From Escherichia coli (GTDB lineage Bacteria; Pseudomonadota; Gammaproteobacteria; Enterobacterales; Enterobacteriaceae): a stretch of 64,000 nucleotides of DNA. Shown here in pieces: positions 32,277-42,967 of this stretch. The translations under genes and the position numbers were made by a program. The stretch lies in NCBI RefSeq assembly GCF_046105845.1, contig NZ_CP151004.1, one strand, 5' to 3'. The notes under the pieces were generated by a model, which was not told the origin of the DNA, made no database searches, and saw only the letters and a list, made by a program, of their open reading frames with translations. Each line of letters starts with the position of its first letter. Within the stretch, counting starts at the first letter, position 1.

Positions 32277-32358
32277 GATGCCCTCCAATATGGTTATTTT
32301 TTATTGTGAATTAAGATAGGTGAGTACGACGTAAAAAGATGTGAAGCAAATCACATCA

Positions 32359-32374
32359 GTGTAATCGCTTACAC
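32359..32374 (-). promoter_or_regulatory. GalR/GalS operator upstream of galP
   Basis: GTGTAATCGCTTACAC matches the gal operator consensus GTGKAANCGNTTMCAC, about 85 bp upstream of the galP start. Confidence 0.55.
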
Positions 32375-32434
32375 TAACATTTATCTTGGTTATGATTTAA
32401 GTGCATGAAAATAATTGAGTTATATCATCATAGA

Positions 32435-32650
32435 TTAAACGCTGTTATCTGCAATTAAGACTTTACTGAAAAGAAATGTAACAACTGTGAAAGCTGAATA
32501 ATAATATGAAAATATTACAAATATTTGGCTGGCGTGGTTGGTGTAATCGGTTTCAGTAGTGATGGTAATTTGCGGTAAAACGTGTTGAGGAAGAATGATG
32601 TTATTGTGCGGGCGGTTTTTTTGCCGGATGCGGCGTGAATGCCTGTCCAC
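32435..32650 (-). CDS. yqgD: Small ORF at the K-12 yqgD position; coding status uncertain
   Basis: 71-aa ORF with GTG start lying inside a REP-like sequence, between the metK terminator and the galP promoter. Confidence 0.3.
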   Translation of the reverse strand: MDRHSRRIRQKNRPHNNIILPQHVLPQITITTETDYTNHASQIFVIFSYYYSAFTVVTFLFSKVLIADNSV

Positions 32651-32661
32651 CGCGGTGAGGT

Positions 32662-32693
32662 AAAAGAAAAAGGCCAGCGCGAGGCTGGCCTTT
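32662..32693 (-). terminator. Rho-independent terminator of metK
   Basis: Minus strand: AAAGGCCAGC-CTCGC-GCTGGCCTTT followed by TTCTTTT. Confidence 0.7.
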
Positions 32694-32712
32694 GAAAGCA
32701 GGTGAAGAAAGA

Positions 32713-33867
32713 TTACTTCAGACCGGCAGCATCACGCAGCAGCTGCGCTTTGTCGGTTTTTTCCCACGGGAAATGTTCACGACCAAAGTGACCGTATGCT
32801 GCGGTTTCTTTGTAGATCGGGTGCAGCAGATCCAGCATCTGAATCAGACCGTATGGGCGCAGGTCGAAGAATTCACGTACCAGCAGAGTCAGTTGTTCAG
32901 AAGGCACTTTCTCAGTACCGAAAGTTTCTACCATGATGGAAGTCGGTTCAGCCACGCCGATTGCGTAGGAAACCTGAATTTCACAACGATCGGCCAGGCC
33001 AGCAGCAACGATGTTTTTCGCGACATAACGTGCTGCGTAGGCTGCGGAACGGTCCACTTTTGATGGATCTTTACCAGAGAATGCACCGCCACCGTGACGC
33101 GCCATGCCGCCGTAGGTATCAACGATAATTTTACGACCAGTCAGACCGCAGTCACCCATCGGGCCACCGATAACAAAACGACCGGTCGGGTTGATGAAGA
33201 ATTTGGTGGCAGAAGTCAGCCATTCAGCCGGCAGAATCGGCTTGATGATCTCTTCCATTACCGCTTCTTGCAGCGATTTCTGGTCGATTTCTTCAGAGTG
33301 CTGAGTGGAAAGCACGACAGCATCGATACCAACGATTTTGCCGTCGTCATACTGGAAAGTCACCTGGCTTTTCGCGTCCGGGCGCAGCCACGGCAGAGTG
33401 CCGTTTTTACGCACTTCAGCCTGACGCTGTACCAGACGGTGTGCATAGGTGATAGGCGCTGGCATCAGCACGTCGGTTTCATTGGTTGCGTAGCCAAACA
33501 TCAGACCCTGGTCACCCGCGCCCTGTTCCAGCGGATCGGCACGGTCAACGCCCTGGTTGATGTCAGGAGACTGTTTACCGATGGCGCTCAGAACCGCACA
33601 GGAGTTAGCGTCAAAGCCCATGTCGGAATGTACATAGCCAATTTCGCGAACGGTGTTACGGGTGATCTCTTCGATGTCTACCCAGGCGCTGGTGGTGATT
33701 TCGCCGCCAACTAAAACCATGCCGGTTTTTACGTAGGTTTCGCAAGCAACGCGTGCTTTCGGATCCTGTTCGAGGATCGCGTCTAAAACGGCATCAGAGA
33801 TTTGGTCAGCAATTTTGTCAGGATGCCCTTCAGAGACGGACTCGGACGTAAAAAGGTGTTTTGCCAT
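32713..33867 (-). CDS. metK: S-adenosylmethionine synthetase
   Basis: 384-aa product from [18 protein letters not shown]. Confidence 0.96.
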
Positions 33868-34170
33868 ATTTAATATCACCTAAAGAGAATTTGGTTAGCT
33901 CAAACTGTTGTGTGGATTTTCTGTGGTAGCGGATCCTACCACGACTCTGCAGGTTAAAAACACTGGCAGTCTGAGTGTTAATCGGTATGGATGGATTAAC
34001 ATCTGGATGGCTATTTTAGGTCAGTTCTTCACCCAATTTCCACTTTTTTTTGAATCGTGTCTCATTCTGTTAAAAACGTGGCTGGAAATTTTTCCTGACA
34101 ATGCTGGCATTCTGCGTATTTATCTTTTGCAATTTTCTGCCATTGTGGGGTATAAAACGCGGCGCGCGGC

Positions 34171-34386
34171 TTAAATAAAAAGCACACGACGTTTCTTTCG
34201 TGTTGCCACTTCCAGCCGGGTTGAAATCAGAGTTTTGGCTTGTGGGTTCGTCTTAACAGGCGGCCGTGGAGGTGATACGAAATAATGAACCGTTGTCTGC
34301 TGCTTAACCTGTCTCACCGTTCTGGTGAAGATTCGTTCCCCGCACTCTGCATCTCTGCTTTGCATACCTGCCGATGTTATACCCAT
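34171..34386 (-). CDS. Small ORF, possibly yqgC
   Basis: 71-aa ORF in the metK-speA intergenic region; no other support. Confidence 0.2.
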
Positions 34387-34521
34387 CTCGGCGCTTCTCA
34401 GGATTCAAGAGCTGGTTACAGTTACTGAGGACTGAACAAGGGCGCTCTTGTAAAAACAAGAGTTTTCTCGTGGTTTCGCCGAACTGTCACACTTACGTTC
34501 GGTTATGTGCTTAATAATGTT

Positions 34522-34653
34522 ATGAAAAAGAAACCGGTTGCGCAGTTGGAGCGTCAGCATTCACTGCTGGAAAATCCATGTGCTTATGGGTTGTTATCGC
34601 AGTTCCAGGCTGCGATAGTCGTTAACTGTTTTACACTTAATAAAATAATTTGA
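34522..34653 (+). CDS. yqgB: Small acid-stress protein YqgB in the speA leader
   Basis: 43-codon [46 protein letters not shown] ending 8 nt before the speA ATG. Confidence 0.6.
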
Positions 34654-34661
34654 GGTTCGCT

Positions 34662-36638
34662 ATGTCTGACGACATGTCTATGGGTTTGCCTTCGTCAGCG
34701 GGCGAACACGGTGTACTACGCTCCATGCAGGAGGTTGCAATGAGCTCCCAGGAAGCCAGCAAGATGCTGCGTACTTACAATATTGCCTGGTGGGGCAATA
34801 ACTACTATGACGTTAACGAGCTGGGCCACATTAGCGTGTGCCCGGACCCGGACGTCCCGGAAGCTCGCGTCGATCTCGCGCAGTTAGTGAAAACTCGTGA
34901 AGCACAGGGCCAGCGTCTGCCTGCACTGTTCTGTTTCCCACAGATCCTGCAGCATCGTTTGCGTTCTATTAACGCCGCGTTCAAACGTGCGCGGGAATCC
35001 TACGGCTATAACGGCGATTACTTCCTCGTTTATCCGATCAAAGTTAACCAGCACCGCCGCGTGATTGAGTCCCTGATTCATTCGGGCGAACCGCTAGGCC
35101 TGGAAGCCGGTTCCAAAGCGGAGTTGATGGCGGTGCTGGCACATGCTGGCATGACCCGTAGCGTCATCGTCTGCAACGGTTATAAGGACCGCGAATATAT
35201 CCGCCTGGCATTAATTGGCGAGAAGATGGGCCACAAGGTCTATCTGGTCATTGAGAAGATGTCAGAAATTGCCATTGTGCTGGATGAAGCAGAACGTCTG
35301 AATGTCGTTCCTCGTCTGGGCGTGCGTGCGCGTCTGGCTTCGCAGGGCTCCGGTAAATGGCAGTCCTCCGGCGGGGAAAAATCGAAGTTCGGCCTGGCGG
35401 CGACTCAGGTACTGCAACTGGTTGAAACCCTGCGTGAAGCCGGGCGTCTCGACAGCCTGCAACTGCTGCACTTCCACCTCGGTTCGCAGATGGCGAATAT
35501 TCGCGATATCGCGACAGGCGTTCGTGAATCCGCGCGTTTCTATGTTGAGCTGCACAAGCTGGGCGTCAATATTCAGTGCTTCGACGTCGGCGGTGGTCTG
35601 GGCGTGGACTATGAAGGCACCCGTTCGCAGTCCGACTGTTCGGTGAACTACGGCCTCAATGAATACGCCAACAACATCATCTGGGCGATTGGTGATGCGT
35701 GTGAAGAAAATGGTCTGCCACATCCGACAGTAATCACCGAGTCGGGTCGTGCGGTGACTGCACATCACACCGTGCTGGTGTCGAATATCATCGGCGTGGA
35801 ACGTAACGAATACACGGTGCCGACTGCGCCTGCAGAAGACGCACCGCGCGCCCTGCAAAGCATGTGGGAAACCTGGCAGGAGATGCACGAACCGGGAACT
35901 CGCCGTTCTCTGCGTGAGTGGTTGCATGACAGCCAGATGGATCTGCACGATATTCATATCGGCTACTCTTCCGGCACCTTTAGCCTGCAAGAACGCGCAT
36001 GGGCTGAGCAGCTTTATTTGAGCATGTGCCATGAAGTGCAAAAGCAGCTGGATCCGCAAAACCGTGCTCATCGTCCGATTATCGACGAGCTGCAGGAACG
36101 TATGGCGGACAAAATGTACGTCAACTTCTCGCTGTTCCAGTCGATGCCGGATGCGTGGGGGATCGACCAGTTGTTCCCGGTTCTGCCGCTGGAAGGGTTG
36201 GATCAAGTGCCGGAACGTCGCGCTGTGCTGCTGGATATTACCTGTGACTCTGACGGTGCTATCGACCACTATATTGATGGTGATGGTATTGCCACGACAA
36301 TGCCAATGCCGGAGTACGATCCAGAGAATCCGCCGATGCTCGGTTTCTTTATGGTCGGCGCATATCAGGAGATCCTCGGCAATATGCACAACCTGTTCGG
36401 TGATACCGAAGCGGTTGACGTGTTCGTGTTCCCTGACGGTAGCGTAGAAGTAGAACTGTCTGACGAAGGCGATACCGTGGCGGACATGCTGCAATATGTA
36501 CAGCTCGATCCGAAAACGCTGTTAACCCAGTTCCGCGATCAAGTGAAGAAAACCGATCTTGATGCTGAACTGCAACAACAGTTCCTTGAAGAGTTCGAGG
36601 CAGGTTTGTACGGTTATACCTATCTTGAAGATGAATAA
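34662..36638 (+). CDS. speA: Biosynthetic arginine decarboxylase
   Basis: 658-aa product from [18 protein letters not shown]; track ORF starts at an upstream TTG. Confidence 0.95.
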
Positions 36639-36655
36639 TTAAGATTATTCCGCTG

Positions 36656-36696
36656 GCGGGTCGATTTATTTACGTAAATCGGCCCGCTTTCTTTTT
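36656..36696 (+). terminator. Rho-independent terminator of speA
   Basis: 13-bp stem GCGGGTCGATTTA/TAAATCGGCCCGC (one G-U) followed by TTTCTTTTT. Confidence 0.7.
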
Positions 36697-36783
36697 ATAT
36701 ATTCTTAAAAATAATTTAGCTGCTTTTCTTATTAAATAATCCCCCTACAATCGCTGCATTAATTAAATACAGAGGGAACGGTT

Positions 36784-37515
36784 ATGAAAAAAGGGAAAGT
36801 ACGTAGCGCGTTGATAGCATTAGCCGTGCTGCTGGCCGGTTGTTCCAGTAATGCGCAGTATAATAGCAGTGCATCGGGCAATGTCGGCACCGCCTGGGGT
36901 GGGGATGTGCACTCATCGGTTCAGGGCGTATCTGCTGAGCGAGCCTGGCGCGATCCGGCAGAGATGATCGTTATTAGTTATTCGACTAATGTTCCTTCCG
37001 GCTATGATCGCGTTTATAGCATTCGTATTAACGAACTGGAATATGCTATTCGCGATGGTAATTTTAATTCTCTACCTATTACGCGTGTTTATGATTCATC
37101 CAATAATGAACCACGCTATATTGTCCATGCCAGAGTCGGAATGAATTATCAATTATATGTCCGTAATTACAGTCGTAACACCAACTACGAGATCGTTGCT
37201 ACGGTTGATGGCCTGGATGTGCTGAACGGCAAGCAAGGTTCGCTGAATAACAACGGCTATATTGTGAATGCCGGAGATTCGTTAGCGATTAAAGGATTTC
37301 GCAAAGATAAACATACCGAAGCGGCTTTTCAGTTCGCCAACGTTGCTGATTCCTACGCAGCCAATTCGGCGCAAGGCGATGTGCGTAATACCGGGGTAAT
37401 CGGCTTTGCCGCCTTTGAATTACAAGGCTCGGCGCAAAACGCGATGCCGCCGTGCTCTGGACAAGCCTTTCCGGCAGATAACAATGGCTATGCGCCGCCA
37501 CCGTGTCGGAAATAG
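36784..37515 (+). CDS. Lipoprotein of unknown function, accessory
   Basis: 243-aa ORF; lipobox LLAGCSS; Asn/Tyr/Ser-rich mature domain; AT-rich (about 32% GC in a sampled 60 nt); own RBS and flanking terminators. Confidence 0.75.
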   Translation: MKKGKVRSALIALAVLLAGCSSNAQYNSSASGNVGTAWGGDVHSSVQGVSAERAWRDPAEMIVISYSTNVPSGYDRVYSIRINELEYAIRDGNFNSLPITRVYDSSNNEPRYIVHARVGMNYQLYVRNYSRNTNYEIVATVDGLDVLNGKQGSLNNNGYIVNAGDSLAIKGFRKDKHTEAAFQFANVADSYAANSAQGDVRNTGVIGFAAFELQGSAQNAMPPCSGQAFPADNNGYAPPPCRK

Positions 37516-37524
37516 CAACCTCGC

Positions 37525-37553
37525 TTGATGCCTCGTCCATTTAAGGCGATAAT
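37525..37553 (+). promoter_or_regulatory. Candidate sigma-70 promoter upstream of speB
   Basis: TTGATG, 17-nt spacer, GATAAT. Confidence 0.4.
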
Positions 37554-37580
37554 TAGCGCAAACTTGTGTTTCGCAAATCC

Positions 37581-37622
37581 AACCCTTCCTCGTCGGGCCT
37601 AACGACGCGGAAGGGTTTTTTT
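37581..37622 (+). terminator. Intrinsic-terminator-like hairpin 29 nt upstream of the speB start
   Basis: AACCCTTCC...GGAAGGGTT with inner stem CGTCG/CGACG, followed by TTTTTTT. Confidence 0.65.
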
Positions 37623-37650
37623 ATATCGACTTTGTAATAGGAGTCCATCC

Positions 37651-38571
37651 ATGAGCACCTTAGGTCATCAATACGATAACTCACTGGTTTCCAACGCCTT
37701 TGGTTTTTTACGCCTGCCGATGAACTTCCAGCCGTATGACAGCGATGCAGACTGGGTGATTACTGGCGTGCCGTTCGATATGGCCACTTCTGGTCGTGCG
37801 GGTGGTCGTCACGGTCCGGCAGCTATTCGTCAGGTTTCGACGAATCTGGCCTGGGAACACAACCGCTTCCCGTGGAATTTCGACATGCGTGAGCGTCTGA
37901 ACGTGGTGGACTGCGGCGATCTGGTATATGCCTTCGGCGATGCCCGTGAGATGAGCGAAAAACTGCAGGCACACGCCGAGAAGCTGCTGGCTGCCGGTAA
38001 GCGTATGCTCTCCTTCGGTGGTGACCACTTTGTTACGTTGCCGCTGCTGCGTGCACATGCGAAGCATTTCGGCAAAATGGCGCTGGTACACTTTGATGCC
38101 CACACCGATACCTACGCTAACGGTTGTGAATTTGACCACGGCACCATGTTCTATACCGCGCCGAAAGAAGGTCTGATCGACCCGAATCATTCCGTGCAGA
38201 TTGGTATTCGTACTGAGTTCGATAAAGACAACGGCTTTACCGTGCTGGACGCCTGCCAGGTGAACGATCGCAGCGTGGATGACGTTATCGCTCAGGTGAA
38301 ACAGATTGTAGGTGATATGCCGGTTTACCTGACTTTTGATATCGACTGCCTGGATCCTGCTTTCGCGCCGGGAACTGGTACGCCGGTGATTGGCGGCCTG
38401 ACCTCCGATCGCGCCATTAAACTGGTACGCGGCCTGAAAGATCTCAACATCGTTGGGATGGACGTAGTGGAAGTGGCTCCGGCATACGATCAGTCGGAAA
38501 TCACCGCTCTGGCTGCGGCGACGCTGGCGCTGGAGATGCTGTATATCCAGGCGGCGAAAAAGGGCGAGTAA
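37651..38571 (+). CDS. speB: Agmatinase
   Basis: 306-aa ORF; Mn-binding His/Asp motifs (GGDHF, DAHTD, DIDCLDP). Confidence 0.95.
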   Translation: MSTLGHQYDNSLVSNAFGFLRLPMNFQPYDSDADWVITGVPFDMATSGRAGGRHGPAAIRQVSTNLAWEHNRFPWNFDMRERLNVVDCGDLVYAFGDAREMSEKLQAHAEKLLAAGKRMLSFGGDHFVTLPLLRAHAKHFGKMALVHFDAHTDTYANGCEFDHGTMFYTAPKEGLIDPNHSVQIGIRTEFDKDNGFTVLDACQVNDRSVDDVIAQVKQIVGDMPVYLTFDIDCLDPAFAPGTGTPVIGGLTSDRAIKLVRGLKDLNIVGMDVVEVAPAYDQSEITALAAATLALEMLYIQAAKKGE

Positions 38572-38607
38572 GCGCCGGATAAGATGCGTTATGCGTCAAA
38601 TCCGGCG
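38572..38607. repeat. REP-like palindromic unit between convergent speB and loiP
   Basis: GCGCCGGATAAGATGCGTTATGCGTCAAATCCGGCG; ends CGCCGGAT/ATCCGGCG are complementary. Confidence 0.5.
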
Positions 38608-38618
38608 TAATAAAATGC

Positions 38619-39377
38619 TTACTTAATTCCATCCGCGCTCATACGATCGCGAATATGCTGGGCGCGTTCGGCGGATGCAGGATGGTCGTCAAACATTGAG
38701 CTTTGGCGGCCTTCTTCCAGTTTCGCCAGTTTTTCAAAGCTGGTGGCAAGACCTGCCGGGCTGATGCCGCGTTGACGCAGAAGATCGTAAGAATAATCAT
38801 CGGCTTCTGCTTCCTGGCGCTGGGAGAATTGCGAATTAACTAATTTCTCGCCCAGATCACCGAGTTGTGATTGAGATAAACTGCCGACAATCCCGCCCGC
38901 AGAGGCCGCAGCTACTCGCACGGCATTTGTACCAAGTGCCACCTGCATCCCTTTTTTCACATGGCCTAACGCCACGTGCCCCATTTCGTGACCGATCACC
39001 GCTTCGACTTCGTTATCCGTCATCATATCCATCAGCCCGCTATAGACGCGGATACAGCCGTTAGCCATTGCAAAGGCGTTCACATCCTTCGCCATATACA
39101 CTTTGTAATTCACCGGCTGACCGTTGATATTGTTGCCTAGCGCATTGGCAATAGTTGTCAGACGTTTAGCGTATTCGCTATTGGCTGGCGCAATCGTCGC
39201 CTTGCTGTCCATCTCCTGACATGCCTGATCGCTCAGGGTTTTCACCTGCGCATCACTCAAACTGTAAGCCTGAAAAGCTTCCGCTCCTGATGAGAGCAGT
39301 CCGTTGGAGTCCATATTCTGGCAACCGGTCAGTACCGTTGCCACGCTCATTGCTACCAATAAGGCGCGAATTTTCAT
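38619..39377 (-). CDS. loiP: Outer-membrane M48 metalloprotease LoiP (YggG)
   Basis: 252-aa product from MKIRALLVAMS; lipobox LTGCQ; HEMGH zinc motif. Confidence 0.92.
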   Translation of the reverse strand: MKIRALLVAMSVATVLTGCQNMDSNGLLSSGAEAFQAYSLSDAQVKTLSDQACQEMDSKATIAPANSEYAKRLTTIANALGNNINGQPVNYKVYMAKDVNAFAMANGCIRVYSGLMDMMTDNEVEAVIGHEMGHVALGHVKKGMQVALGTNAVRVAAASAGGIVGSLSQSQLGDLGEKLVNSQFSQRQEAEADDYSYDLLRQRGISPAGLATSFEKLAKLEEGRQSSMFDDHPASAERAQHIRDRMSADGIK

Positions 39378-39654
39378 GTTTTCTCTTCCGCACAAGGTCA
39401 GGATTATTCTAAAAATGCGCCGTTTGCAGGTGAATCGACGCTCAGTCTCAGTATAAGGAAAAGCGCAGCGGACGGGCGAGCAGATTGCGCAACATGCGAG
39501 CATGATCCAGAGATTTCTGAAGCGGCAAAAGGATGTTCCATGTACATGACGCGCGGCTTGCGGTAAATTGTTGGCAAATTTTCCGGCGTAGCCCAAAACG
39601 CGCTGTCGTCAAGTCGTTAAGGGCGTGCCCTTCATCATCCGATCTGGAGTCAAA

Positions 39655-41646
39655 ATGTCCTCACGTAAAGAGCTTGCCAATGCTATTCGTGCGCTGAGCA
39701 TGGACGCAGTACAGAAAGCCAAATCCGGTCACCCGGGTGCCCCTATGGGGATGGCTGACATTGCCGAAGTCCTGTGGCGTGATTTCCTGAAACACAACCC
39801 GCAGAATCCGTCCTGGGCTGACCGTGACCGCTTCGTGCTGTCCAACGGCCACGGCTCCATGCTGATCTACAGCCTGCTGCACCTCACCGGTTACGATCTG
39901 CCGATGGAAGAACTGAAAAACTTCCGTCAGCTGCATTCCAAAACGCCGGGCCACCCGGAAGTGGGCTACACCGCAGGTGTGGAAACCACTACTGGTCCGC
40001 TGGGTCAGGGTATTGCCAACGCAGTCGGTATGGCGATTGCAGAAAAAACGCTGGCGGCGCAGTTTAACCGTCCGGGCCACGACATTGTCGACCACTACAC
40101 CTACGCCTTCATGGGTGACGGCTGCATGATGGAAGGCATCTCCCACGAAGTTTGCTCTCTGGCGGGTACGCTGAAGCTGGGTAAACTGATTGCGTTCTAC
40201 GATGACAACGGTATCTCTATCGATGGTCACGTTGAAGGCTGGTTCACCGACGACACCGCAATGCGTTTCGAAGCTTACGGCTGGCACGTTATTCGCGGCA
40301 TCGACGGTCATGACGCGGCATCCATCAAACGCGCAGTAGAAGAAGCGCGCGCAGTGACTGACAAACCGTCCCTGCTGATGTGCAAAACCATTATCGGTTT
40401 CGGTTCACCGAACAAAGCCGGTACGCACGACTCCCACGGTGCGCCGCTGGGCGACGCTGAAATCGCCCTGACCCGCGAACAGCTGGGCTGGAAATATGCA
40501 CCGTTCGAAATCCCGTCTGAAATCTATGCTCAGTGGGATGCGAAAGAAGCAGGCCAGGCGAAAGAATCCGCATGGAACGAGAAATTCGCTGCTTACGCGA
40601 AAGCTTATCCGCAGGAAGCCGCTGAATTTACCCGCCGTATGAAAGGCGAAATGCCGTCTGACTTCGACGCCAAAGCGAAAGAGTTCATCGCTAAACTGCA
40701 GGCTAATCCGGCGAAAATCGCCAGCCGTAAAGCGTCTCAGAATGCGATTGAAGCGTTCGGTCCGCTGTTGCCGGAATTCCTCGGCGGCTCTGCTGACCTG
40801 GCACCGTCTAACCTGACCCTGTGGTCTGGTTCTAAAGCAATTAACGAAGATGCTGCGGGTAACTACATCCACTACGGTGTTCGCGAGTTCGGTATGACCG
40901 CGATTGCTAACGGTATCTCCCTGCACGGTGGTTTCCTGCCGTACACCTCCACCTTCCTGATGTTCGTGGAATACGCACGTAACGCCGTACGTATGGCTGC
41001 GCTGATGAAACAGCGTCAGGTGATGGTTTACACCCACGACTCCATCGGTCTGGGCGAAGATGGCCCGACTCACCAGCCGGTTGAGCAGGTCGCTTCACTG
41101 CGCGTGACCCCGAACATGTCCACATGGCGTCCGTGTGACCAGGTTGAATCCGCGGTCGCGTGGAAATACGGCGTTGAGCGTCAAGACGGCCCGACTGCGC
41201 TTATCCTCTCCCGTCAGAACCTGGCGCAGCAGGAGCGTACTGAAGAGCAGCTGGCAAACATCGCGCGCGGTGGTTATGTGCTGAAAGACTGTGCCGGTCA
41301 GCCGGAACTGATTTTCATCGCGACCGGTTCTGAAGTTGAACTGGCGGTTGCTGCCTACGAAAAACTGACTGCCGAAGGCGTGAAGGCGCGCGTGGTTTCC
41401 ATGCCGTCTACCGATGCATTCGACAAGCAGGATGCGGCTTACCGTGAATCCGTACTGCCGAAAGCGGTTACTGCACGCGTTGCGGTAGAAGCGGGTATTG
41501 CTGACTACTGGTACAAGTATGTTGGCCTGAACGGCGCTATCGTCGGCATGACCACCTTTGGTGAATCTGCTCCGGCAGAGCTGCTGTTTGAAGAGTTCGG
41601 TTTCACCGTTGATAACGTTGTTGCGAAAGCCAAAGCGCTGCTGTAA
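39655..41646 (+). CDS. tktA: Transketolase 1
   Basis: 663-aa product from [20 protein letters not shown]. Confidence 0.96.
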   Translation: MSSRKELANAIRALSMDAVQKAKSGHPGAPMGMADIAEVLWRDFLKHNPQNPSWADRDRFVLSNGHGSMLIYSLLHLTGYDLPMEELKNFRQLHSKTPGHPEVGYTAGVETTTGPLGQGIANAVGMAIAEKTLAAQFNRPGHDIVDHYTYAFMGDGCMMEGISHEVCSLAGTLKLGKLIAFYDDNGISIDGHVEGWFTDDTAMRFEAYGWHVIRGIDGHDAASIKRAVEEARAVTDKPSLLMCKTIIGFGSPNKAGTHDSHGAPLGDAEIALTREQLGWKYAPFEIPSEIYAQWDAKEAGQAKESAWNEKFAAYAKAYPQEAAEFTRRMKGEMPSDFDAKAKEFIAKLQANPAKIASRKASQNAIEAFGPLLPEFLGGSADLAPSNLTLWSGSKAINEDAAGNYIHYGVREFGMTAIANGISLHGGFLPYTSTFLMFVEYARNAVRMAALMKQRQVMVYTHDSIGLGEDGPTHQPVEQVASLRVTPNMSTWRPCDQVESAVAWKYGVERQDGPTALILSRQNLAQQERTEEQLANIARGGYVLKDCAGQPELIFIATGSEVELAVAAYEKLTAEGVKARVVSMPSTDAFDKQDAAYRESVLPKAVTARVAVEAGIADYWYKYVGLNGAIVGMTTFGESAPAELLFEEFGFTVDNVVAKAKALL

Positions 41647-41666
41647 TCGGTAAGATGCTTTGTGAG

Positions 41667-41692
41667 AAGGGCCGCGAAAGCGGCCCTTTTTT
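41667..41692 (+). terminator. Rho-independent terminator of tktA
   Basis: GGGCCGC-GAAA-GCGGCCC followed by TTTTTT; the T-tract overlaps the stop codon of the convergent SPFH gene. Confidence 0.75.
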
Positions 41693-42591
41693 ACTTGGTG
41701 GAGATAAACGGAACTGTGCTGCCGGGGATCATGGTATCGGGTAGCTTACCGTCCCAACGCTCTGCAGTGGTTAGGGCAACAAGTCCGGGATTATCCCGCA
41801 GAGCTTCACCGCGCAGGCGGATAGCTTCTGCTTCAGCCGCACTTTTTAAACGAATAGTTTCAGCCTCTGCCGCGCCTCTTACGCGAATAGTCTCAGCTTC
41901 TGCTTTGGCTGCCGCCAGTTTACTGTCTGCTTCAGCCTGGGCCTGAGTTACTGCTATTTGCGCCTGGATTTTCTCTGTTTCCAGATTTTGCTTACGTGTG
42001 GCAATGGCGACTTCTGCTTTCATTCGATCTTCAATCGATTTTTCATAAGCGTCAGAAAAATCAATATTTTCAATCTGGACACCATCAATCACCACCGGGC
42101 CAACAACGGCTTTACGCATTGCATTTTGCAGATCCTGAACCAGTTTTGTACGATCCTGTACCGCGCTGATGGCGGTATATTGGCCGAAAACGTTCTCCAG
42201 TTGAGTTGGCAGCTGGCGGACGATCAGACGCTCTTTTAAAGATTCAATGGTGTTGTAGGTTGTATAAACTGCGCCAGCTTCTGAAGGTTTAATGTGGAAG
42301 CTGACTGATACTGTCATTTGTGCCGGTTGCTGGTCGCGGCTGTAGGCCCTGATAAACCACAGCCTGATTACGCGTGGAAATTTTCTCCACGCTTTCCATA
42401 AAAGGGATCTTAAAACCCAGACCCGGCTCGGCAACTTTTACGATTTTTCCGTAGCGCAGCAAAATGCCGCGTTCACCTTCATTAACGGTGTAATACGAGA
42501 GAAATGGCAGCACAACCACGGCAAGCACGCCAATGACGATAGCAATAGATTTTTGTGGGCGAAATGAGGTTATTGAAACAGGTGCTTTCAT
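41691..42591 (-). pseudogene. SPFH/band-7 (stomatin/prohibitin-like) membrane protein gene split by a frameshift
   Basis: N-terminal part (TM helix, EGERGILLRYGKIV, PGLGFKIPFMESV) in ORF 42289..42627; remainder (VSVSFHIKP..., coiled-coil Ala/Glu-rich tail) in ORF 41691..42434 in another frame; RBS AGGAAG before ATG 42591. Confidence 0.75.
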
Positions 42592-42967
42592 ATGAATCTT
42601 CCTTGAGTAAAGTGGGGAATATGTCACATGAGGTGAGGAGAAAATAGCCGACAGGTGAGAATTCAGAATCTATAAAGGGGTATAGCGAAAAAACATTGCA
42701 TTAAAAAAGTATGTTTTCGGACATTCAATAAATAAATGGCGATATGCATCACAAATACAACAACAATCAAAATGTTGATTTTGTGACAAACATAACAAAT
42801 ACAAAATTGACTTTAAAAATATCAATTTCATGTTGTTGTTATTTAAAGTTTTATTATTTTTGTTCATGGGGTTTTTCTTCTCGCGTACCCAATTGCTTTC
42901 ATTAAACCGCACGAGTATTTTATTTTTACCGCCGGACGGTACCCTAAAAATAAAATAAGGATAATTT

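Noticed and set aside
33908-34174. 88-aa ORF in the metK upstream region
   Set aside because: Falls in the AT-rich metK promoter/leader with no RBS or conservation signal.
35262-36494. 410-aa ORF antisense to speA
   Set aside because: Lies entirely within the well-supported speA coding sequence on the opposite strand; the product is low-complexity with no recognisable domain or RBS context. Typical shadow ORF of a GC-rich gene.
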